Notes: generated by a model from the sequence alone, not told the origin. A stretch of DNA of 62,942 nt, filler included, from Octopus bimaculoides (GCF_001194135.2; 6 parts of 6 records of this genome joined end to end with filler, not necessarily neighbours in it); one strand, 5' to 3'. Positions 35,761 to 49,444 are shown, counted from the first letter of the whole stretch. Numbers and translations are program-made.

Positions 35761-37712
35761 TATGGTTTTGGCATAATCATAAAGATTGCCAGTTTCATCA
35801 ATTTGTGGGCGAACAGTGGAGACAGTCACCTTTTCTTTTATAGCAAAAAAGAAAAGCACTTTGGGGTTGAGTTTGATTTTCTCAAGGGCGAATTTTTCCT
35901 CAGCTAGATATATATATACATACACACACATATAAATATTAGAAATGATTAAGATTCAGTTGAATTAGGCGCTTAAATTGAGGCACTAAGCCAGTTCGAT
36001 ATAATCCGTGCACTTCGAAGTTAGGTGAATATAAAGCAAATAAGTAACAAGGATGTTCAGGTATCAGTGCATTACGGCCGTTTCAGGCGACGTCATTTAA
36101 TCGATCAATGAAAACATTACATCAAATTGAAATAAACGCCTCTCCGAGGACGCCGACAACCAAATATATTTCGGACATAAAGGATAAATCATAATTTTGT
36201 ATTTTTAGCTAAATTTCGCTTCAATTTTCTATTTTTGAGGCAGAATGAATTTAGGAAAGAATGTATACTTAAAGACTACTAAAAGTTAGGGTGACAGAGG
36301 AAAATAATTTGTATCGAAAAAGAGGAATGTTGATATATCTGCATTTGTATTTATCTTTATCACATTCATAAGACTTAATGCAACCTGTTTTCTACAACAT
36401 CTTAGAATTAAAAACATTGGGAACTGAGAGTTAAGTTATTGTTGGTGGTGATAAATTAATTAATGGCAGATACACTGCTAGGCTCTTTTTTACTGGATCC
36501 ATATATCAAGACTTATCTACGTAAGAGGAGATATCTCAGAGTTGCTAGTAAGGTAATGACAAATAGAGAAGAGGTGATAACTAGGATGAGGAAGGAGAGG
36601 GTAGCTATACATATTATATTTATCAAATAAAAGGGGCATAAATTGGGAAGCAAAAGAAATCACAGTGACTCATATATGAGGGTATTAGAGGTAAGGGCAA
36701 TGAGGTGTATTCAAACTTTGCAAAATTAATATATCAAATCGAAATTTATAGATGGAATTTTTAACCATATAACAGAAGAGAGATAGATGAATCAACCTAA
36801 ACCTTAAAAGTGGGGTAATTAGGTATATAACAAAAATCTCATACGGCCCTTTCATAGCATATTGCTAAAGTGGCCATGCTAAAACTATTCAACAATTAAG
36901 ACGTTTTCAGAGAAGTATATATTGAGTCAAAAGCAGAGATTAACAGCTAAAAGACAAAAACATTATCTTATAAATACCAATAAACACTTTATAACTTGAA
37001 AAATTAAAATAGAAATAAAATTTAGTTTGCGAATGCAATAAAATGTCTAACGGATAAAAAAGGAGAAACATTTTTTTAAAAATAGAATATAACATTTAGC
37101 CAAGGGATGTATAACAACAGCCAATTAAACGATAAAAAAAACAGAGATACTATTGGAAATGGTTTTATAAAATACACAGGGGGCATACAATATACTTAAG
37201 GGAGGCGTAGGATCTAGAAATTCAATGCAATTATANNNNNNNNNNNNNNNNNNNNNNNNNNNNNNNNNNNNNNNNNNNNNNNNNNNNNNNNNNNNNNNNN
37301 NNNNNNNNNNNNNNNNNNNNNNNNNNNNNNNNNNNNNNNNNNNNNNNNNNNNNNNNNNNNNNNNNNNNNNNNNNNNNNNNNNNNNNNNNNNNNNNNNNNN
37401 NNNNNNNNNNNNNNNNNNNNNNNNNNNNNNNNNNNNNNNNNNNNNNNNNNNNNNNNNNNNNNNNNNNNNNNNNNNNNNNNNNNNNNNNNNNNNNNNNNNN
37501 NNNNNNNNNNNNNNNNNNNNNNNNNNNNNNNNNNNNNNNNNNNNNNNNNNNNNNNNNNNNNNNNNNNNNNNNNNNNNNNNNNNNNNNNNNNNNNNNNNNN
37601 NNNNNNNNNNNNNNNNNNNNNNNNNNNNNNNNNNNNNNNNNNNNNNNNNNNNNNNNNNNNNNNNNNNNNNNNNNNNNNNNNNNNNNNNNNNNNNNNNNNN
37701 NNNNNNNNNNNN

Positions 37713-37744
<32 letters not shown>

Positions 37745-38440
37745 CTAATGGGGAAGTAAATCATAGAACAAAAGGGGAATTAATGTATTATAAATATAGG
37801 AGGTATGCAGATTAAAAAGCATTATTATGTACATCGTTATATAACAGAGTGTGTGTTATGAATAATACAAACGACCCTAAAATATTTGTAGGTACGGGTA
37901 ATCATTTGTACAAAGGATATTCCAACTTCTAATATAGTATCAATTAGGTTTGCTTATCTTAATACCTAAACATTTCGTAAATTTCCATACAACAGAGTTC
38001 ATATCCATATCGGCTCTCTTCTTACGGCTCACCCCTGCGTACTATATCCTATTTAAGGCTATATAAATGTAGTTTATCACCATTCCTCTTTCTTGACACC
38101 CATTAATTTCCTCTACCATCCTAAGTTGTCGTAGGCTTTAGGTATACCATGTTTCCCTCAATTCATTCTGCCACAAAAATAACCAATTGAAATAAAGTAA
38201 TTATTTTAGTCTCTTGTAATAATGAAATTTCGCTAAAAAATAATGGCTTATCATTTATGTTGGAAACTTATATGGTCGTATGCTCTGGATAGCGGTTTAT
38301 TTCAAAATGATTTAATGTAATTGATGTAATGATTGATTAAATGGCGCCGCTCGAAACAATCATTGTTACTTATTCCCTTATTACTTAGTTCCTTCATATA
38401 TGTGTGTGTTTGCATGTCTAAATGTGTGTGAGTGCGTGTA

Positions 38441-38476
<36 letters not shown>

Positions 38477-38832
38477 TGTGTACGTGTGTGTATGTGTATG
38501 GAGCAAATACAGATTAAATAGATTCAAAATATTTGAGAAGAGGAGTTACATGTCCAACAGCTGCTTCTGAGGCCTCGGAGTTAGTTCATAACTTTGAGAA
38601 AATCAGTTCATCAGTAATCTGTAGCAACTAGTTGGATTCATCGGACATTTGAAAATATCGGCGACAACTACATCAGGTTGGTTACATACGAGAAAATATA
38701 TCAGATAATTACGCAATACCATCTATTTTATTTCTTAATAAATTTTCTCTTTCTCATCCTCTTACTCTGAAATCCACTGTAGCTGGAAGCACCAAACATT
38801 CTCAATCGAATTTCCTATATGAATATATATAT

Positions 38833-38895
<63 letters not shown>

Positions 38896-38899
38896 GGGG

Positions 38900-39690
38900 G
38901 TGTACGAAGAATTCACAAAAAACAAAAGACGAACACAGGTGGTGTAGACAATAAAAAGAAGTATTAGTTTAACGGTAGAGCGGAAATGGCGCGAGACAGG
39001 CGTGTCATTGTTGAGTCGGATATGTCGGAGTTGTTCCGTGAACCGGTCAACCAAGCGGCGTCCAGCTTGCACGATGTATAGAGAAGGGCAGAGAGAGAGA
39101 GAGAGAGTGAGAGAGATAGAGAGAGAGAGAGGGGGAAGAGAGAGCAGGAGATGCAGCAGACTACATTGGTAGAAGTGCAGGTGAAGGAGTCGATGATGGG
39201 TGCCGGTGAGGAGTGCGGTGCTGGAGAGGTAAGGGCAAATGCGGCAGCGTGGTAGGAAGCAGAGGAACGAGCCGTGTTGGCAGGTCGGGTTAGGGAAGAA
39301 GTTGTGGACAAAGAGATCACCTAGGTTGTGGGATCGTTTGAATGAGGGGATGGGTCGGATAGGGAAGATTTGCGAAGTGGAGAGGTCGGATTGGAGTCGC
39401 TGGAAGGCTCGGAGAATGGGGCATTGGAGAGGTAGAGTGGTGGGGTGGTAGGTGATGGGAAACGAGAGACGAGAGATGGCGTGGCGAGTAATGGGGTGGG
39501 GAGACCAAATGCACGGTCCACAGAGCGTGCTCTGGCAAGATCGGTGTGGATGAAATGGCAAGCCATGAGTTGAGACTGAGTCTCAAATTCATGGTCGTCA
39601 CTGCAGAGCCTGCGTAAAGGGAGGAATCGAGAACAGGGGATGGAAAGCTTGATGACTTTAGGATGGGAGGCTTGTAATTAAGGTAATGGT
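38900..39690 (-). mobile_element. Penelope-like element: RT thumb, linker and GIY-YIG endonuclease (decayed)
   Basis: YLNY..SHP..LRRLCSDDHEFETQSQLMA..TYHPTTLPLQ..FKRSHNLGDLFVH..CFLPRCRICP..FTCTSTNVVCCISCSL..CPSLYIVQAGRRLVDRFTEQLRHIRLNNDTPVSRHF; a (CT)n tract sits inside the GIY-YIG region. Confidence 0.92.
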
Positions 39691-40863
39691 TGCGGTAAAC
39701 CTTTAAACATTGTTTCCTAATGTCTTAATGTTTTTGTGTTTAACTTTATTTTTATTGTATTTTTTATTAGTTGATTTAGGTCGTGTGTTGAAGGCATTGT
39801 CATACATCCTTACATTAATATTAGAAATTTGTATTTTGCTATCATTCATTAAATTATTGCACTTGTATTTACACATCAGTTTCTCGTTAGCTAGTTTATA
39901 GCTTTTGCTTATATAATTGTTAGTAATTAACCTCCTCCTTCTTGCTAATATTCCAATCCACTTTAGTTTTATTTCCACGATATTTATTTTTGTTATTAGA
40001 ATTACCAACACTGTTATTATCGTTAGTTCGCGAGTCAATTCGCGCTGTATTATTATGTTTATCAATGTTATTCAATTTGAAAATTTTCAATTATTTTCCA
40101 TGACCCGCTTTTCTAGAACTGAACTGTAATAATCTGTATTTAGTGTAAAAGCTTCGTCATTAGCAGAGGGTTTCAGGATAGAATTTGAAATGTAATCAAC
40201 TTTGTGATTCATCAAAATAACTTATGGCTATAAAGGATGTAGAATCAAAAAGAAATACGTATTCTATAAGTAACCACTCCCCGCCACCCCAAGCCCATGT
40301 GCGAATTTCAGCAGAGTGCTGCTACAGAATTTATCTGAACAAACAAATGAAAAAACACCTCTTATGGGAAAATTTCATGGTTTACTAACACCAAGTCTAA
40401 TTAAAACCAATAGCGGACGATAATTCCTCATCGTAATATGCCCCGACGCCAATAATGCATAAATCACTGCGTATAAACATGCATCAAAATGCAATTTGTG
40501 CGATCGAAACATGTCTCTGACAATTATTGTGAATAAACTGAGTAGAAATAAATATAAAATCTGAATATTCAAATTCTTTATTCTCTTCATTCTTGTTATT
40601 GTCAATATTGTACTTTATACCCTAAGTAGCCAAGAAATAAACTGGAACGTAAAAAGCTACAACTTTATTAAGTTCGTTCAGCGTTGCATCTCTTAGGTAC
40701 ATCTGTTTGACAAGAGCCAACAACTCGAAACATCAATGTATGAGAATCGTAATAGATGGTGACAGTGGACGAACTGTGCGTTTTCACGCCTTTTTATTCC
40801 ATAAAAAGAGATTTAGGCGTTGAAATATGTGACGATCATATTTCAACACACATAAGTCCTTTG

Positions 40864-40901
<38 letters not shown>

Positions 40902-41030
40902 NNNNNNNNNNNNNNNNNNNNNNNNNNNNNNNNNNNNNNNNNNNNTTAATTAATTAANNNNNNNNNNNNNNNNNNNNNNNNNNNNNNNNNNNNNNNNNNN
41001 NATATATATATATATATATACATATATATA

Positions 41031-42272
41031 CATGGTCCGTAAGATATTCGAGGACAGATTTATGATTATAAAAAACATATAATAACAGGTAATAAATTTA
41101 TTTATCAAAAGATGCAATGCAGATAAAAATAAACCTTCTTTCTATAATTTTGTTCAATAAAGCCACCTTCAGCTTCAACAACTGCTTCTGTATGAGATCT
41201 AAATCATCTACATGCTCGAATCAAGTGGTCCTGGTTCACTTTGGACATTACTCTGACTATGGCAGCTTTCAAAGAATCTTTGGTGTTATGGGCATGTTCA
41301 TTGACCTCACTTTCATCAACACTCTACATGTAATAGTCCAATCGATTGAGATCTGGGGAATTAGGAGGCTAAATGTTAGGGGTTATGTGATCATGAAAAT
41401 GTTCAGCCATCCATTCCTGTTTTACTAGAGCCTTGTGTGATAGTGCAGAGTCTTACTGAAACACATATGGCCTTCCATTGCATACACTGTCTATCCAGGG
41501 CTTAACAATTATTTACAGGACCTCAGTGTAGACGACAGAGTTAATTCCAAGGTCTTGTGGAAAGAAGTAAGCACGCATCACATGTCCTTCGTTGCTGATA
41601 ACCCCTAAAACCATGACAGTTGCAGGAAATTTTATATGCATAATACCTGGAACTTCAGAAGGGTCTGTCATTTCTTCATTTAACTTTTTGATTTTGGTTG
41701 AAGTTTTTCTCGTTTGAGGAAAACCAAATGAAATCTTCTTCTGCTGGAATTTTCAGTTTGTTTAAGAGCCTTTTAGATTTGATGTAGTGATCTTTTTGTT
41801 TTTTCTGACCAATTGATCTTTCCTCGTCATATAAGACCTGTATCTGATGTCTTCGTGGACAACATTTCTGACTGTTCTTTCTGACACATGGAGATCTTTT
41901 GCAATTGACCTCACGAACTTTTTGGGATTGTAATCAATGGTCTGTTGAAGTTTCTGGATGAATTCAGGTGTTCTGAAGATTTCAGAGTGTTTGGAATGCT
42001 TTTTTATGCTTTGATACTGGTGATACGTTTCCATCTTCAGTCTCTAGCTCCTTACAAACTTTGTAAACGAAAGATCTGACAACTTTTAAAAATCGAGATA
42101 TTTCTAAATCGCTATGCCCAGCCTTTATAACCACAATAACAACATACTACTTCATTTCTTGGGTACGTTGAGGGTCTGCCGTTATTTTATTCTGAAACAA
42201 AGATTATACAGTGTTAGCAAAAAATGCAGCAATAATCCCAAAATGCTGTTCTCATATACCTTACGCATCCTG
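41031..42272 (-). mobile_element. Full-length but decayed Tc1/mariner element, DD37D (maT/Bmmar1-like)
   Basis: TIRs catggtccgtaagatattcgaggacag vs caggatgcgtaaggtatatgagaacag, TA at both ends. Protein: ..IRTPEFIQKLQQTID..KFPATVMVLGVISNEGHVM..KPWIDSVCNGRPYVFQ*DSALSHK..PNSPDLNRLDYY..VEAEGGFIEQ. Confidence 0.92.
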
Positions 42273-42286
42273 TATATGTATATGTG

Positions 42287-42338
<52 letters not shown>

Positions 42339-42476
42339 TGTTTGTATGTGTAGATAGATAGATATGTATGTGTGTATGTATGTATGTATGTATGTTTGTT
42401 TGTTTGTATGTATGTATGTTTGTATGTATGTATGCATGTATGTGTGTATGTACACACAGGTTTACATATACATATA

Positions 42477-43395
42477 CGAATGTCAGTGAAAAATTATACG
42501 CACTCTTGTTTCTGTAATTTATTAAAGCAAAGCAGGAGTTGAAGATGTACATCATTTCCAACATTTACACCGCTTCTTGCGCTTCCTCATCCAAACCAAA
42601 TCGACTACCTCGTATAGAAGGTTTGAGCGGTCCAAAGAGGTAACAGCCGAAAGGTATGATATCCAGACAGTATGCAGGGTGTTCCAGTAACTCGAAGCTC
42701 GATGTCTCGATGGTTTCAACGACGCTGTGGACGGCCGTATGTGGGCGTACGTTTTCGTGCAACAATAATAATAACTTTGGCATTAGACTTCAGCATTGGC
42801 TGTGATTTGCCGGTTTCAGTTTGTTGTCCAGCATTTCACTTTTGCTTACATCCGGTTTTTATAGACCCCTTTTCCATGTAATGCTCCAGTATAGGCCATT
42901 TTGCGTATCAAAACACGGTTAGCATTACCTTTTCTGCGAAAGGTTGAATCTTTAATTTCTTTTCAGTTGGCAATCCCGGACGTTTCCACTCCATACGCTG
43001 CCTTCTGGATTTTGGCTCAAAGTGATGAATCCAGGTTTCCTTTGCTGTGATTATTCTCTCCAAAATGTTTCGCCCCCATCGTTGCAGCGATCCAATAAGC
43101 GTTGACAAATCTCCACGTGATTGTACGTGAACATGCCACGTCACCGATGGTTACTCATCGGTTCGCCAGGACCACCTCACGAGTTCGTGGAATCTTCGTC
43201 AGTGGTGGAAATTGATAGGCGTCTTGTTCTCTCTTTGTGCTTCCCGCTTTACTGGTCATTTTAAAACTACCTGATCCACTCATATACGCTTCTACGCGGT
43301 AGAAGGCTGTCTCTGTATTGTACTGAAAGCCTGTGATGAATTTTAGCCTCTGACAAAAATTCAAACCAGAAGAATCGGTTCATTGATCTCTGTTC
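42477..43395 (-). mobile_element. Decayed mariner (D,D34D), same family as 9255-10270
   Basis: IITAKETWIHHFEPKSRRQRMEWKRPGLPTEKKLKIQPFAEKVMLTVF; LLHENVRPHTAVHSVVETI..LEHPAYCLDI..YLFGPLK; TIR-like tacgaatgtcagtgaaaaattatacgcac at 42475. Confidence 0.92.
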
Positions 43396-43399
43396 TACC

Positions 43400-44074
43400 T
43401 AGGCGACTAGGTTTACACTTTAACACAAGAAAGAAAGCCGGAGCGATGTGCCTCCAAGAGTAACCTGATGTCGACTGAATAAACTGGCCGGAAATAGAGG
43501 AGAGCTGAAGTTTGTCTCTTTTGTTCCGAGCATGTGGAATCCAAGCACCCAGTTTTTGAACATTATCCATCGAATAAAGGTGGCGGCCGATGGTATCATA
43601 TGTGCATTCTAGAAGCTTGACCAATTCCTAAGTGGATTGGCATGGATAATCGTGGATCAGCTCGTTCAGCCGTTCTTCATTGGACTGAACAGGTCAGCCG
43701 GAACGCAGACAGACTGTAAGATCAGATTTTCTTTCTTTGAAACTTGAAAACCATTTCTCTGCAGCTCTTTCTGTAAGCACGTCTTTCTGTAAGCACACAC
43801 CACAAATGCCTCAAGCGGCTTTAGCAATTTCGGAGTCTTGACAGAAATTTAAGAGGTGGAGGTGTCGAAAATTCTCATTTTTTTTCTTTTTTTTACTTCC
43901 TAGCACTCCATAATTTGTCTGAAAAGAGGTAAAATTTATTCAAATTTCGAAAACGATAAACAATCCGCTGAGGAAAAAAGAGGTACAAAAAAACATAAAG
44001 CACTACGATAAAAATAGTTTCCATGTTAAGTCAAATAACATAAAAAAGAAACGGACAAATTTATCTGACAATTC

Positions 44075-44075
<1 letters not shown>
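43400..44075 (-). mobile_element. 5' half of a different mariner subfamily (cecropia/Hsmar1-like)
   Basis: ATG at 43911: MEC*EV..NENFRH..AEKWFSSFKEEN..LECTYDTIGRHLYSMDNVQKLGAWIPH; TIR-like end near 44075. Confidence 0.85.
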
Positions 44076-44076
<1 letters not shown>

Positions 44077-44142
<66 letters not shown>

Positions 44143-44275
44143 CAGACAGACAAACAGATAGATAGATAGATACATACATACATACATACATACATACATA
44201 CATACATAGATACACTGACGGACGGACAGATGGACAGGCAACCAGGCAGATAGACAGACAGACAGATAGATAAGT
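44077..44275. repeat. (GATA)n/(CATA)n/(GACA)n microsatellite
   Basis: Directly visible. Confidence 0.99.
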
Positions 44276-45154
44276 GATGTTGAGTAAGCCAGTAACCATA
44301 ATTTCAAGTCGTTTAAACTACATTACCTTTTTATGTCTGTGTATATTTATATGCCTATGTGCAAGCATATTATATAGAGACGAATGTGTAAATCGAATGC
44401 ACATATCAGTTATAGATAGAAACTGCCATTAATAATTACTTTCTCCAATTTTAGTGCAGCATCTGTAGATCTAAGTCTAGTGAGAACTTTCTTTCTTCTA
44501 CGTCAGTCTTTGTGAAGTTTTTTTTTTTTTTTTTTTTTTTCGTTTCGTGGAATATAATGCTGTTTCAGTTAACACTACGAAAACATTTTATTTTGTCCAG
44601 CATGAGTATCAAGAGAATCTTTTCGTTAAACTATTTCGTGTATCTGTTTCATCCATCTGTGCTCTCTTCGGCCGAAGGAGTCCTAACAGATCATAGCATC
44701 ATAGCACAGGCTAATACCACTCTCTCTAGTTCTCACTCTATTAGCCCCATATTCAGTTATATCTCTTACATTTTTAACAACCTCCTTTTTGTTATATTTA
44801 ACATCGTTCACTCCGAAACAGACGATATTGCATTTCAGCCGAGACACCTTACGTCAAAAGTGCGCTGCCTCCATGAATCTGAGGTGTTGTCATTCTTACC
44901 TGCAATAACACTGAGTTATACTTCACTGACTTCGCTAGTATAGACTGGATCAGACTACAGTTACAGTATATCACTTACGCTAACCAATGAAACTAAGATG
45001 TGCAAAAGTTATTTTCGTTATATCATTACCTACCATTTAATTTTGCTTTAGCTTGGAGAATAGGAAACGACGAAGAAAATTTTACTAGTGATGGGACGCC
45101 CCCCCCCCCCTCCACCAGCTTTGTACAAATATCAATATATAAACTATAAATTAA

Positions 45155-45315
45155 ATCGGCGAGCTGGCAGAATCATTATCACACCGGCATTTCGCTCGTC
45201 CTTGCATTTCCATTCATCATTTTGGGGTCGATAAAATAAGTACCTGTTGAGCACTGATATCGATGAAATCGACTTAACCTCCTACCCTGGACTTGGGCCA
45301 AAATTTGAAACCAAT
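45155..45315 (+). mobile_element. CORE-type SINE, internally deleted
   Basis: ggcgagctggcagaatc..ttttggggtcgataaaataagtacctgttgagcactg..gccaaaatttgaaacc. Confidence 0.8.
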
Positions 45316-45366
45316 AGATAACTACAAAATATAATGAGTATGCAGTTTCTCGTGTGGAAAACTAAA

Positions 45367-45437
<71 letters not shown>

Positions 45438-45729
45438 GTGGCACTAGCACGTAATAAATATAGCTGTGTTCTACAACGCTCACCAGTTGCAGGTTGCATG
45501 ACTAAGTAAAACAGCTCATTTATGCGAATGTTTTCCCTGTACAAAATTACCTGGCAACCATTCTTAATTTAAAAAATTAAAGCCCACTTATTCAGTGTAT
45601 GCGACACTAATAGGCTATTATGACACTACCGATCTCTGCATGACAACTGCGTCCCTCAAAAATGTACATATTTGTGAGGTCAGTTTCAATTTTCCTTTGA
45701 TAAGAGTATCTTCAAACAGAAACATTGAA

Positions 45730-46030
45730 ATTTATCTTTCACGTCTATCTTATGCTTGTTGCCGTCATTGGACTGTGGCCACTCTGGGGCACGGCCTTGA
45801 AGGATCTAGTCGAACATATCGACCCCAGTACTTACTATTTAAGTCTGTTACTCATTGTGTTGGTCCCTATTACCGAGCCGCTAATATAACCGGGCGTAAA
45901 CAAAATAGCCGGATAGCGTCGACCAAATTCACTCGTGACTGTAGCTGAACATAATTGCCGAAAGTGCTGCGCAAAGTGACTGAATCCGAAACCACGTAGT
46001 TTCAAAGTGAACTTCTTAACCATACACCCA
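45730..46030 (-). mobile_element. Long tRNA-derived SINE, diverged
   Basis: Minus-strand head tgggtgtatggttaagaagttcactttgaaactacgtggtttcggattcagtc and a 3' block related to 25900-26000. Confidence 0.7.
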
Positions 46031-46188
46031 TATGTGAATATGGTAAAAGTGTAAATCTAAATTTCTTTCTTTTCTTTTTAACACTTGTTTTTTCATCCTT
46101 ATTTCCAGATTGAATTGCAACGGCTTTACGAAGCAATTAGCTCTGTTTTCACAATGCTTCATATAAAGTGAAGTCTACACTGTAAGTG

Positions 46189-46290
<102 letters not shown>

Positions 46291-47070
46291 NNNNNNNNNN
46301 NNNNNNNNNNNNNNNNNNNNNNNNNNNNNNNNNNNNNNNNNNNNNNNNNNNNNNNNNNNNNNNNNNNNNNNNNNNNNNNNNNNNNNNNNNNNNNNNNNNN
46401 NNNNNNNNNNNNNNNNNNNNNNNNNNNNNNNNNNNNNNNNNNNNNNNNNNNNNNNNNNNNNNNNNNNNNNNNNNNNNNNNNNNNNNNNNNNNNNNNNNNN
46501 NNNNNNNNNNNNNNNNNNNNNNNNNNNNNNNNNNNNNNNNNNNNNNNNNNNNNNNNNNNNNNNNNNNNNNNNNNNNNNNNNNNNNNNNNNNNNNNNNNNN
46601 NNNNNNNNNNNNNNNNNNNNNNNNNNNNNNNNNNNNNNNNNNNNNNNNNNNNNNNNNNNNNNNNNNNNNNNNNNNNNNNNNNNNNNNNNNNNNNNNNNNN
46701 NNNNNNNNNNNNNNNNNNNNNNNNNNNNNNNNNNNNNNNNNNNNNNNNNNNNNNNNNNNNNNNNNNNNNNNNNNNNNNNNNNNNNNNNNNNNNNNNNNNN
46801 NNNNNNNNNNNNNNNNNNNNNNNNNNNNNNNNNNNNNNNNNNNNNNNNNNNNNNNNNNNNNNNNNNNNNNNNNNNNNNNNNNNNNNNNNNNNNNNNNNNN
46901 NNNNNNNNNNNNNNNNNNNNNNNNNNNNNNNNNNNNNNNNNNNNNNNNNNNNNNNNNNNNNNNNNNNNNNNNNNNNNNNNNNNNNNNNNNNNNNNNNNNN
47001 NNNNNNNNNNNNNNNNNNNNNNNNNNNNNNNNNNNNNNNNNNNNNNNNNNNNNNNNNNNNNNNNNNNNNT

Positions 47071-48350
47071 GTATATATATGCATAGAAGTTGTCTTTGAA
47101 GACGAAGTAGTTATTCTCCATGATGAATTTTTTACCCTTCTGTCACGAATTCTTTTTTGATGCGATGTGGGAGTTCGTTGGCGTAATTCTCTAGCCAGAA
47201 CTGAATTGCCTCTATTCCTAGGCTGTGGGGGATATTGGAATAGAGGTTGACTACATCGAAGGATACTAGTTGGGTGTTTTTATTTATTGTTTCAGGAAGG
47301 TGGTTGAGCATATCCAAGTCGTCCCTTATATAGCTTTTGACATGCTTGAGGAATGGTTTTAAGAGGGTGTCTAAAAAGTTACTGAGGCGGTGGGTTTTGC
47401 ATGCGGGACCTGCTATCATAGGTCTCAATTTGAGGTCATTAGGAGTGGGTACTTTGATTATGTCTGTGGCTATCCTGCATGCGTTACTTATTTTCTCACT
47501 TTTGTGTATTGTAGGAATACCGTAGAATTGATTGGTTTTACTTTTGAAATTGGTCATATAGTCAAATTCTTTGTCGGTGAGCCCTTCTCTGCATAGGTTT
47601 AATATGGATTTTAGGTCTCTCATTATTTTCTGCTGAGAGACCTTTTCATAATATGGGCCTTTTCATAATGTGTTGTGTCTTCCTATATGGATAGTACTAG
47701 AGTTATATTGAATACCGTGTCCATTAAGACAACTGCACTCCTTTTATGAGCCTCTTTGATTGCAATTGTTTTGTCATCTTTTAATTTGTTCAGCTCAGCC
47801 CATTCTTTTTTGCTGAAGTTTGGTTTGTGTTTTTGCTTGTGCCTATGTTGATATGGGTAATGTGTGTGTGTGTATTTATATATATATATATATATATATA
47901 TGGTGTTGGGAGTGGATCACCATCGTTCGATGATGAAGAATCACTTGTTCGGTCAGCGGTATTATCTGATCCTGAATTAACTGCGAATTGGTGACTGCGA
48001 ATTTCATAGGCAGGTACACTTTTGATGAAATTGTAAGGCATGATCGGTGTTTCACAGGGTGTAACATGGTTTACTAGTGGACATCAGATTGTGATTTACT
48101 CAAGTTTTCAAGCGGCATATACAGTGTCTGGGGAAGACTGTTCCCCTCAGATGGTTTAGAGTAATGTATATTAAACTTAGGTATGGTAATGTACATGAAA
48201 CTTAGCTGTAGTAATGTGAGTTTCTTGGCATAAAGCAGAAATAGCTAGGTGGGAATGTAGACAGAAGGATAGGATTGCTGAGTATGATGGGGAAGTTGGG
48301 ATGGTGCTGACAGTTTTTCTGGTGATAGGGGAGGTGTGTTACTGTTTGCC
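47071..48350 (-). mobile_element. Penelope-like reverse transcriptase fragment (N-terminal region through RT motif A), ending at a gap
   Basis: 163-aa ORF 47132-47623: FYGIPTIHKS..LRPMIAGP..LVSFDVVNLYSNIPH; upstream IAIKEAHKRSAVVLMD; downstream ENNYFVFKDNFY; interrupted by a microsatellite at ~47860-47900. Confidence 0.93.
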
Positions 48351-48359
48351 TTCAGTTGC

Positions 48360-48418
<59 letters not shown>

Positions 48419-48570
48419 NNNNNNNNNNNNNNNNNNNNNNNNNNNNNNNNNNNNNNNNNNNNTTAATTAATTAANNNNNNNNNNNNNNNNNNNNNNNNNN
48501 NNNNNNNNNNNNNNNNNNTATATATATACACAGTGTATGTGGAGAAGAGAGATAGAGAGAGTTTGTGTAT

Positions 48571-48616
<46 letters not shown>

Positions 48617-49444
48617 TGTATGTGGAGAAGAGAGATAGAGAGAGATATAGAGAGAGACAGACTGAGAATCAGATTGACAGACAGGCAGATAGATATATAT
48701 CTACATGTATAAATACACGTGTGTGTGTAATTATAATTGTATATATATACATGTCTGTGCGCGTTGTTGTGCATGTGTGTGTGTGTGTGTGTGTCTGTGT
48801 GTGTGTGGAGTATATATATATATATACATGTTTATATATACCAACACACACATACATACATTATATATATATGTCTATATGCATGTATACAACCATGCAT
48901 ATTCACAAATATACACGAGTGTGAATTATAGGGGTTGTATGCGTGTAATTCTGTGTGCGTGTGTGTGTGTGTGTTTGTCTACATGTACATGATGAGTTTA
49001 TCAAATTGTGTATCCTTGCCAATCTGAAGTTATCACACATGTTTCATAAAACTTCATCCTTTCGACCAAAAGCTGTGTGGAAAATTTTTGTTACAAGGAT
49101 AATTAAGAAACTTCGTGAGTTGGATCAGAGCAAACCCCGGGTATCTATATATATATTTGTAGAGAAAAGGAGTTCCCTCCCTTCAACTGAATATTATTGA
49201 GGAGAACGCTTATCTACGCAACGCAAGACAACGAACGGAAACCAAACCGTCTGCCTCTATTACAGCTGCCACAGCTGCTGCTGCTGCTGTTGTTTTTCTA
49301 GCTGCTCATCGACCGTGCAGCCGCAATTGAGAAGTTGTAGGCAAGTAATTTCATGCGTTCACTGACTCTCTGTTATAACAATTTCTTTTATACCTTGTTT
49401 AATTTAGACTATAGGCAATAATTTGAGAAAGATTGAGTTACATA

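Noticed and set aside
39703-40065. 120-aa minus-strand ORF next to the Penelope fragment
   Set aside because: Low-complexity I/N/K-rich product of AT-rich DNA, no recognisable motif.
44512-44943. 143-aa plus-strand ORF
   Set aside because: Starts in a poly-T run and has no family motif; may be the antisense of a decayed LINE.
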